A DNA stretch of 64,000 bases from an uncultured Methanomassiliicoccales archaeon (GTDB lineage: Archaea > Thermoplasmatota > Thermoplasmata > Methanomassiliicoccales > UBA472): the NCBI GenBank assembly GCA_963695345.1, contig OY968769.1:128001-192000 (forward strand), read 5' to 3'. A model generated the notes under the pieces. The model worked only from the letters and a program-made list of their open reading frames with translations. It was not told the DNA's origin and searched no databases. The position numbers were made by a program, and so were the translations under genes. Numbering within the stretch: the first letter of the stretch is position 1; each line of letters opens with the position of its first letter. Positions 10,952 through 19,165 of this stretch are shown in pieces.

Positions 10952-12085
10952 ATGAGTGAAAAAACAGAAAAAAGTGCAGTGCGCGGACTGAAGGATGTTG
11001 CCGCGGCGGAGACCAGGCTCAGTTTCGTCAATCCAATGGGTTTCCTCTACTATTTGGGATACAACATCGATGATCTGATGGGTAAGGTCGTGTACGAGGA
11101 GGTAGCCTACCTCCTGGTTCACAAGAGACTGCCCAACCGGCGCGAGCTGGATGAGTTCACAGATGCCTTGATTTCCGAAATGAGGCTGCCTGAGGAGATT
11201 GTCGAGAGCATAAGAAGAACCCCCAAACACGCCCATCCGATGGACGTTCTGAGGACCGAGGTTTCCCATCTCGGGGAGTTCGATCTTGACGCCCGAAATC
11301 TCTCGGAAGCCAATAACCTGAAGAGGGCGACCAGGCTCATGGCCCAGGTGCCCACGATAGTGGCCACCCTGCATCGGACCCGCAATGATCTGCCGGTCCC
11401 GACACCGAAGATGGACTTCAGCTTCACCAAGAACTTCCTTTACATGTTCCGGGGGACCCCGCCGAGGGACGACGAGACCGATGTCCTCCATCGCCTCATG
11501 GTGCTTCACGCGGACCACGGGTTCAACGCTTCGACGTTCGCCGCCCGTGTGACGGCCAGCACCAATTCGGACATGTATTCAGCCGTAACGTCCGCCATCG
11601 GGACACTGGTAGGTCCCCTCCATGGCGGGGCCAGCGAGAAAGTGATGGAGATGCTGGATGACATAGGCCTGGAGGGACACGTGGAAGATTATATCCAAGG
11701 CCTGCTGGAAAACGACAGAAAGGTCATGGGCTTTGGCCACCGGGTCTACAAGGTGGAGGACCCGAGAACGAAGCATCTCCGCGGCATGGTCCAGAATCTC
11801 TGTCATCGGGAACGGACGATGAGCCTGTACAACCGGTGCACCAAGATCGAGGAGATCGTTCAGCAAAAGAAGAAGATCTATCCCAACCTGGACTTCTATG
11901 CCGCGGTGGCCATGGACGCGTTGGAGATCCCCAAGAACTTCTACACGCCGTTCTTCTCCTCGAGCAGAATATCTGGCTGGGTCGCTCACGTGATAGAGCA
12001 GTATGAGGATGCGATTCTCCTCCGTCCTTCATCTGAATATGTGGGAGAGTATGGAAAGGCATTTGTCCCGATGGATAGGCGGTGA
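10952..12085 (+). CDS. gltA: Citrate synthase / 2-methylcitrate synthase family
   Basis: LHADHGFNASTF, GPLHGGA, GFGHRVYK and YPNLDFY; catalytic His/His/Asp present. Confidence 0.92.
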   Translation: MSEKTEKSAVRGLKDVAAAETRLSFVNPMGFLYYLGYNIDDLMGKVVYEEVAYLLVHKRLPNRRELDEFTDALISEMRLPEEIVESIRRTPKHAHPMDVLRTEVSHLGEFDLDARNLSEANNLKRATRLMAQVPTIVATLHRTRNDLPVPTPKMDFSFTKNFLYMFRGTPPRDDETDVLHRLMVLHADHGFNASTFAARVTASTNSDMYSAVTSAIGTLVGPLHGGASEKVMEMLDDIGLEGHVEDYIQGLLENDRKVMGFGHRVYKVEDPRTKHLRGMVQNLCHRERTMSLYNRCTKIEEIVQQKKKIYPNLDFYAAVAMDALEIPKNFYTPFFSSSRISGWVAHVIEQYEDAILLRPSSEYVGEYGKAFVPMDRR

Positions 12086-12488
12086 GACGACAGCGCAGAT
12101 AGGCCGACAAAGACATTGCCCTTGACCGTGGGGCAATGGACCCTGACATCACATGGTGTTCCTCATATCGAATAGTCGAACAGGCTTGGTTTCCAGGTAT
12201 AGCCCAGAGCAAGATTGAGGGACAACGTGCGTTCGAAGGTCTCCGAGGAAGACACTGGAAAAGACGGGGCTGGTGGAAATGCATTGGAGAAAAACCTAGG
12301 GTCCTTGAAATGATCAGCATGACCATCTAGTGCAAGACGTGTCATAGGCAAACTGCTGTCGTGCCTGATGGCACCCATCCCACGGGTAAAGAGGACGGAG
12401 TCCTATGCCCCGAATTCACGACTCTGTTCTGCAAACCTTTCCACCGAGTACTCTACCGTTGATCAAGCGTGATGGAACTTTCACGAGC

Positions 12489-12740
12489 TCACATTCTTTC
12501 GCGGATCAGCAGCTTCAATTTGGCGCCCAGCATGCTGGGGATCTCTTCTTCGCTGATTCTGTGGGTCTCTGGCAGATAGGAGATATAATCATCGATCCAG
12601 TCATCCAGCTCATTGTCGGTCAACCCTCCCAGCGAATCATAGAAGAAATCCTTCTCGAAATAGCGCTCGATTATCTGCTCATCGGTCAACCTGGCGAACT
12701 CGTAATCCGTTCTGGATTGCATTACAGTGGTGGTCGTCAT
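12489..12740 (-). CDS. Small acidic hypothetical protein
   Basis: MTTTTVMQSRTDYEF.. preceded by a GGAGG RBS on the minus strand; protein-like composition. Confidence 0.5.
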   Translation of the reverse strand: MTTTTVMQSRTDYEFARLTDEQIIERYFEKDFFYDSLGGLTDNELDDWIDDYISYLPETHRISEEEIPSMLGAKLKLLIRERM

Positions 12741-12837
12741 GTTCGCCCTCCATGGGTTTACGGAGATTTTTAGCGACCCTCCTCTATTTATCGAACGCCC
12801 GATGGTCCAGCGGCCTTGTGGGGTGGAAGACTTGGCA

Positions 12838-13215
12838 ATGTCGGCGCAGGATTGGGAATGGATCGTGTTTGTCCAGCCCGATTTCAGCATTAATTATTTG
12901 TGCCAAATCATACCTGGTGCATCCATGTACGACAAAACGACCGCCATGATAGAGGTATTAAGAAACAACTATCATCTCAGGGTCCAGTTGAGCGGCGGAC
13001 TGTCTGCAAAACTGATCGGGCCGGTCCATAGGATATTCCTGACCACGGGGAAGAAGGAGACGAGATATCACCTCGGGGATGAAGATCTCCAAATCCTAGT
13101 TACCAACATTGCATGGGAGAAACTCGGAGTGGACTTCGATTCCTCCGACATGCAGGAACTAAAAAAGCGTTTGAAGACGCTGACAGCCCAACCACCTGTA
13201 CCATACCAGAAATGA
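12838..13215 (+). CDS. Hypothetical protein
   Basis: ORF MSAQDWEWIVFVQPDF..; no recognised motif; start uncertain. Confidence 0.45.
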   Translation: MSAQDWEWIVFVQPDFSINYLCQIIPGASMYDKTTAMIEVLRNNYHLRVQLSGGLSAKLIGPVHRIFLTTGKKETRYHLGDEDLQILVTNIAWEKLGVDFDSSDMQELKKRLKTLTAQPPVPYQK

Positions 13216-13442
13216 CCGCCTGTTTTTCAGATCTGCCCGTATGACCGACCAGACCAATTTCGGGGCCATCCATCGACCTGAATCCGAGCCTTGATGGTCC
13301 TCCAATTATCTTGTACGACGACTCCGGATCTTACCTCACGAGGGAATAGGATTTGCTTCCAAATAGGCAACAGCGCCGAATATGTTCAAAGTTGAAGGTC
13401 CATTCCCGTGACCGCAATGGAACGATGGGATGAGCATACCCG

Positions 13443-14036
13443 TTGATATATGGACAATCAGATACTAGTGATTGGTCGGGTGTTCAAATCTCCAAATACA
13501 AGATCGAGAATGTGGTGGCCTCTGCGTCGCTCGGGACAGAGTTGGACCTGCAATCGCTGGCGGTCTCACTGGATGGCGCCGACTACGAACCGGAACAGTT
13601 CCCTGGCCTCATCTACCGGGTAAAGGAGCCGAAAACGGCGACACTGCTGTTCCGCAGCGGAAAGGTCGTCTGCACCGGGGCTAAGAGCCTCGAACAGGTC
13701 AAAATGGCCATCGACAAGGTGATGACCCAGATCAGAAAGGCCGGTGTCGTTCTGAACAGCGAGCCGGAGATCACCGTCCAGAACATCGTCGCATCCTCGG
13801 ACCTGGGACAGAAGATCAACCTGAACATCATCGCCATCACCCTTGGATTGGAGCATGTCGAGTACGAACCGGAACAGTTCCCCGGGTTGGTGTACCGCCT
13901 TGATGAGCCGAAGGTGGTGCTCCTGCTGTTCGGTTCGGGCAAGCTTGTATGCGCCGGTGCCAGGGTCCCGCAGGACATCGAGGCGGCGGTCGACAAGATA
14001 ACCAAGGAGCTCAGAGAGGCCGGACAGCTGTCATAG
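13443..14036 (+). CDS. tbp: TATA-box-binding protein
   Basis: Two repeats, IENVVAS..YEPEQFPGLIYR..LLFRSGKVVCTGAKS and VQNIVAS..YEPEQFPGLVYR..LLFGSGKLVCAGA. Start codon ambiguous. Confidence 0.96.
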   Translation: MIYGQSDTSDWSGVQISKYKIENVVASASLGTELDLQSLAVSLDGADYEPEQFPGLIYRVKEPKTATLLFRSGKVVCTGAKSLEQVKMAIDKVMTQIRKAGVVLNSEPEITVQNIVASSDLGQKINLNIIAITLGLEHVEYEPEQFPGLVYRLDEPKVVLLLFGSGKLVCAGARVPQDIEAAVDKITKELREAGQLS

Positions 14037-14200
14037 TCGTAAGAGATCGACCCTGGTTAATAGCGACAGAACCGGTCAAGGGAAGCATTGGCCGGAAATG
14101 GAGGGTTGTTCTCTCGTTAATCGTCCTCCGGCCGCCCAGAGGGTGGCGGTGTATGCGTGACAAACGCCAAAATTGAATACCGCGGGCTCTTTTCTCCGTC

Positions 14201-14705
14201 ATGATGATCGACCGGGCGATGGAGGCGGACCTACCGGAAATCCTAAGGCTACAAAGACTGGCTTTCAAGTCTGAGGCGGATTTCGTTAACGACCCCAACA
14301 TACATCCTATGTCCCAGACCCTTGAGGAACTGAGGCAAGATTCTTGCGGCGGGCGTTATCTTGAAATTTGTCGAGAATGGTCAGATACTCGGATCGGTGA
14401 GGGCGCAAAGAGATGGAGATACTTGTCTCATCGGGAGACTGGTGGTACACCCGGACCATTGGGGGAAAGGCATCGGGAGGAACCTGATGAGAGAGATTGA
14501 GCAAACCTTCATCGATGTCAAGAGATACGAACTGTTCACAAGGATCGACCACCAGCGGACAAGACCGTTCTACCTGAGTCTAGGATATACGCCTTTCAGG
14601 ACCCAGAAGGTAAGCGAATCACTGACCTTCGTTCATCTGCAAAAGTTCAATGAGCGCCAGGCCGACCATAGAATCCCGTCAACGGAGTCTTGGAAAACAG
14701 GATAA
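14201..14705 (+). CDS. GNAT N-acetyltransferase (frameshift ~14350)
   Basis: DLPEILRLQRLAF..QTLEEL joins IGRLVVHPDHWGKGIGRNLM..FYLSLGY. Confidence 0.8.
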
Positions 14706-14733
14706 GGTGGGATGCCGATTTCTCATTGTACAT

Positions 14734-15363
14734 ATGTACAAACTTTTCCTGTTCGACATGGACGGCGTGCTGCTGAAACACCGGTCCTCGTGGCAATACT
14801 GTCAGCAGGCCATAGGCTGCGATCTGGAGCATTTCTACGATGAGTTCGAGCAGGACATCCGCGAAGGAAAGAACCTGATAGAGCTGGTCATGCGGAAGAT
14901 GGCGGATCATGGTCTCACGGAGAATGTCCTTATCGAGCTGGCCCGGAACGCGCCCCGGATGAAAGGAGTGGAGGTGGTGCTGGCCGAGGTACGGGCGCGT
15001 GGAGCCAAGGCGGTCATCATCTCCGGCGGCATCGGGTCCTTCGCAGAAGATCTGTCAAAACAATTCCCCATTTCTGGATATGTCTGCAACGAGGTTCACT
15101 TCAACGGTAACGAACGCGTTCCGACCTGCGAGATAAAGGTGGGTCATGAGGATAAGGGCAAGGTAGCCAGAATGATCATGGCGGAGCTGGGAGTCGCCCG
15201 GGAGGAGACCGTGGCGATAGGTGATTATTCCAATGATTGTGCGATGTTCGCCGAGGCCGGGATGAGCGTGGCCTTCAATGGCGACCGCGCCGCCAGGGCG
15301 GCGGCCACCCACAGCGTGAACAGCGATGACTTGGCCGATATCTTGCCCCTATTTTTCTGTTAG
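14734..15363 (+). CDS. HAD-IB phosphatase, phosphoserine phosphatase-like
   Basis: FDMDGVL, IISGG, K, and IGDYSNDCAMF motifs. Confidence 0.85.
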   Translation: MYKLFLFDMDGVLLKHRSSWQYCQQAIGCDLEHFYDEFEQDIREGKNLIELVMRKMADHGLTENVLIELARNAPRMKGVEVVLAEVRARGAKAVIISGGIGSFAEDLSKQFPISGYVCNEVHFNGNERVPTCEIKVGHEDKGKVARMIMAELGVAREETVAIGDYSNDCAMFAEAGMSVAFNGDRAARAAATHSVNSDDLADILPLFFC

Positions 15364-15541
15364 GCTTAAAGCCTCGAAGCATATTCTCAGGGCTGGCAGT
15401 ATGGCAACAGGTCCACAATGAACGATCTGCCGATAGGTTTGTAGAGAGGCCATCGACCAAGTCGGTTGAGGCATTTGTCATATTAGTCCGGTACGCTTGA
15501 TTGGTCAGGACCGATCCCGGAAACCGCACCTGTTCAATCGC

Positions 15542-15900
15542 TCAACCTCTCACCAATAGAGGATAGATCATGGATTCGGTCCTATCGGGATTCCTCTTCT
15601 CTTTTCCATGGGCACCGGATATTGGCAGGGCGAAGTAGAAGGTAGCTCCATTTCCTTCCCTCGACTTGACCCATATGCGTCCCCCATGCCGTTCGACGAT
15701 CTTCATGACGATGGCAATGCACCCCCCGGTTCCTGGAAAAGGGCCTTCCGCATCCAACCGCTGGAACATCTGAAAGATCTCCTGTGAATATTCCATGTTC
15801 GCGCCTATCCCGTTGTCCTTGACGGTAATTGTCCACTCACCTTCCCCCTCCTCGGCATTTATGCGGATCTCCGGCGGGAAGATCGACGATGATACTCCCA
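15542..15900 (-). pseudogene. HATPase_c fragment of a histidine kinase
   Basis: WTITVKDNGIG..IFQMFQRL..PGTG..IVERHGGRIWVKS; no H-box or sensor domain upstream; degenerate G boxes. Confidence 0.7.
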
Positions 15901-16086
15901 GCGTAGGCCAGGGCGAATAGCCCTGAACACCTTGACAATGGGCTTCCCTGAACCTCGTGACGTCCGTCACAGGGCAAGAGACAATTCTCAACTCACACCG
16001 CCTCGATCCAATTAGGACCACCAGACCGACATCTGAAAAGAGAACGGGCTGAGAATTATTGGCGATCATGTGTTGAGCAAATTTCT

Positions 16087-16100
16087 TATAGAAGCTCTAA
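16087..16100 (+). promoter_or_regulatory. Hsp20 TATA region with motif TATAGAAGCTCTAA
   Basis: 13/14 match to the thermosome promoter motif at 60858-60871. Confidence 0.55.
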
Positions 16101-16154
16101 CAATTATTTTTTTGGGTTGTAAACCCTAAGTTGTCTAGAAAAAGGAGGTCGATC

Positions 16155-16620
16155 ATGGCAGTGATAAAGAGACAGGACAGCTTGGTTCCGGTGGGATTCT
16201 GGAACCCCAGCGGCATGATCCAGGAAATGGAGAGAATGTTCGATGACTTCAGACTGGGGATCGGAGATATGCCCTTCAGGTCATCGGGTTCTCGGATGCC
16301 ATCCGTTGATGTTCGGGATGAGGATGGCCAATATGTAGTGGAGGCGGAACTACCTGGAATCAAGAAGGAAGAGGTCTCGGTGGAGATAGGCGATGAAGCG
16401 GTGATCATCAAGGCCGAGAAGGAGAACAACGTGGAGGACGCAGGGGAGAGGATATGTTCGCCGGGAAAGGGGATTCATCTCATTCTACCGTCAGATTCCT
16501 CTTCCGGCCGATGTCGACAGCACGGAGGCCTCGGCCAAGCTGGAGGACGGCGTGTTGACCGTGACCTTGCCGAAAAAGGCGGAGAAGATCGGGAGCAAGA
16601 AGAGGCTAGAGGTCCAGTGA
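16155..16620 (+). CDS. Small heat-shock protein Hsp20 (frameshift ~16450)
   Basis: AGGAGGT RBS; PSVDVRDE..EAELPGIKKEEV, continuing in another frame as FYRQIPLPADVD..AKLEDGVLTVTLPK..RLEVQ*. Confidence 0.88.
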
Positions 16621-16630
16621 ACCCGATCGC

Positions 16631-16652
16631 CTTCACTTTTTTTATTTTCATT
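16631..16652 (+). terminator. Oligo-T archaeal terminator after Hsp20
   Basis: CTTCACTTTTTTTATTTTCATT directly after the stop codon. Confidence 0.55.
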
Positions 16653-16797
16653 TGTACTTGATTATAGGTCATGAATGATCATTCAATTGCATTTGTTCCC
16701 ATATCAAATCCAGGTCTAACCTTCTCGGCACTTGCATCATCGATTGTGACGAAGTTATATTCTGACGTATCATCATAATGGACCATAGTGAGCGGGA

Positions 16798-17292
16798 ATG
16801 GGTAGGGACGATACAAGCGCCCAATGTCATGGCCAGACCGGAGAACTGGAGATCAATGATGATATCCTGTGCCGCATCGACCTGTTGAAATCGCTGCAAG
16901 AATCTTTTGAGTGCAGGCGTTGCGGAGAGTGCTGTTGCAGTCAGGAGGCTATCGCATTTACGGAAAGTGACCTTCAAAGAGCGTCCATCAGCGTGAGCCT
17001 GACTCCAATGGAGTTCAAGGAAAAATTTGGACTTCGTTTGATCGATGACCCTGGCCAGCTTGTGTTCTATCAATTGCCGACCAGTGAGATCGGTGCGTGT
17101 CCTTTCTATTCAGACCATTTTTGTTCCATTTATGATTCCAGGCCGCTTGTTTGTCAGGGATTTCCTTTTCTTACGCCTCAGAACGTTCAGAATGCATTCG
17201 AAATGAAGAATGCGATACAACTGGGTGGAAGATGCAAAGCAGCCATCGATCATGCCGAGAGGACGTTTGAATTCCGACCATCGACTGAATGA
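16798..17292 (+). CDS. YkgJ-family (CxxCxxCC) cysteine cluster protein
   Basis: FECRRCGECC..CPF..CSIYDSRPLVCQGFPF. Confidence 0.88.
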   Translation: MGRDDTSAQCHGQTGELEINDDILCRIDLLKSLQESFECRRCGECCCSQEAIAFTESDLQRASISVSLTPMEFKEKFGLRLIDDPGQLVFYQLPTSEIGACPFYSDHFCSIYDSRPLVCQGFPFLTPQNVQNAFEMKNAIQLGGRCKAAIDHAERTFEFRPSTE

Positions 17293-18046
17293 ACACAATG
17301 GATCCTGGTTTGAATGTTGATAAAAGTAATCTCTAATGATCTATCCTTAAAAAAACCCGATAGTGCCATTAATCTTGTTATGAGAAGAAAATGTTCCGAC
17401 TCGCCTGTGTGAACATAGTGGGGGGAGAAGGGGAGCCTCAATCGACGAGTCGGTATAGGTCAAGATGCCCCTTGACCTTATGATTGAACTTCCTTTCTAA
17501 TAACGAATCAACATTTTTCACTTATAAACCTCATCCCGTCATTATCACTATTGATTCCGTTCAGTACTATCACTGGCAGAGAAGCTTACCTACGCTAGGC
17601 TTAGGCATTGAACCATCGAGCAGGGTTATTAGGACCGGATGCCGACCTTCCGGCAGCACATGTCATTGTTGTTCTGAAGGCCAAGAACATGAGTCCTTTG
17701 ATTCAATGGGACTCCGGGGATCCTTCAGAGGACTGGAGAACAATATATTCACCAAATTGCTACTTAGCAAGATTATTCCCTGAATTATTAACGTTGGTCG
17801 AATAACACCAGACATTTTTTCATTTTTGATAATAATAAACAAACCATTAAGAAATCAGTCAACGGATTTTGAACGTCGTAGCGACATTAACACCAATCCG
17901 AGCAGTTTGTCTGAGGACATGGAAATAGGTCTGAGAATTGCTCGATGCCTTCGTGGGAAATGGATTTGGCAGAGTATGGCCAGATAGATCCTATCCATCG
18001 AAAGGAGACGCGGAAGAGTAGTATCGTTATCGGAGTAGGGTTCGAC

Positions 18047-18337
18047 ATGGCTGTCCGAAAGAAGTTGATTGACAGGGTGGCAGAGCAGATCGCAGAAATG
18101 ACAACCGAGCAGTTCATCGTCTTGGACGTCACCAGCGCCCTAGTCAGCTGCAGCGGCAAACCCCTCGCCACAAATGCCGAGGTCAGCTCGATAATGCGAT
18201 GCTATGGGTTGGCCCGCAATACTGGTGCCATAGTCAAACGTGGGGACGCCACCTTCACCGTCTGGGAAAGGTCCCCGGACCATGCTCGGGTCAGAGGAGG
18301 CAAGAAGGGCGGCGACGGCAATGGAGTGAATGCGTAA
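18047..18337 (+). CDS. Hypothetical protein
   Basis: MAVRKKLIDRVAEQIAEM.. with purine-rich RBS; no recognised family. Confidence 0.45.
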   Translation: MAVRKKLIDRVAEQIAEMTTEQFIVLDVTSALVSCSGKPLATNAEVSSIMRCYGLARNTGAIVKRGDATFTVWERSPDHARVRGGKKGGDGNGVNA

Positions 18338-18566
18338 GGGCTGTCCCCTGTTCACTTCATGGGCTTGAAGAGATAGGAAGATGTCACCCCTCATCACTTA
18401 TGGGGTTGCTGTGATTGATCTGACAGGTTATCGAGCCGGTCAAGGTCGATTTATCATGTCATATTGATCGACCATTTTAGGCCAAGTCGAACGCCCTGGC
18501 TCTATCTGAGAGGATCGATATTCCAGCCACTTTAGGCACTCGAAAACCGCTAAGGGCGACAATCCA

Positions 18567-18926
18567 TTATGAGAGATTGGCAGACATCCTTCTCGATGGC
18601 CATTCCCTGGGGACTATCTCCATGCCGATGACGACCCGGTCCTTGTTGGAAAGCTCACCGATCAACTTCTTCAGGGGCGAGGGCAGCTTTCTGATCGAGG
18701 TCAGTACCTCATCGTGCTTGACCTCTTCTGCCAGGTCCGAACCCTCATAGATGACCTCAAGCTCGTAAAATCCGTGCAGCTCCTGCTCACAGATCTCCCT
18801 GACCTTCCTGATCGCATCCTGAGATCTCGAGGTGATACCAGTCACATATAGTCTCAGAATGTACTTCAACCCCCTTTCGTAGACAAATTCCGTTTGGCTA
18901 TCCTTCATAGATAACACTGATCCCAT
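18567..18926 (-). CDS. kaiB: KaiB-like protein
   Basis: YILRLYVTG..S..AI..ICEQELHG.YELEVI..KLPSPLKKLIGELS..V.IG pattern. Confidence 0.8.
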   Translation of the reverse strand: MGSVLSMKDSQTEFVYERGLKYILRLYVTGITSRSQDAIRKVREICEQELHGFYELEVIYEGSDLAEEVKHDEVLTSIRKLPSPLKKLIGELSNKDRVVIGMEIVPREWPSRRMSANLS

Positions 18927-19165
18927 CCCTAACCACTGTTTGCGCTTTGAGACTACTTGAATCTATTGGGCATAGAATTGAATGGAGAAATAATGCGCAT
19001 GATCTCTGGAATATTGAACCGGTCGATATGCATCAACAATGAGATCTCAATAAAGCAGGGAAAGGTTGAAAAGGTGACAATTATCTCAACACCAGTTCTG
19101 AGAACCAATATCTCTCATGCTTCAGTTTGCTCGCGATTCATGAGGTGATAGATAATCCGGTACGC

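Noticed and set aside
10952-12085. Citrate synthase as a novelty
   Set aside because: An ordinary enzyme, compatible with a biosynthetic oxidative TCA branch.
12130-12380. Possible degraded winged-helix regulator (LEKTGLVEM..PRV..ISMT..RRVIGKL across frames)
   Set aside because: It needs several frame changes; too weak to call.
17457-17478. Hairpin AGGTCAAG-ATGCCC-CTTGACCT
   Set aside because: An isolated stem with no recognisable RNA family or gene context.
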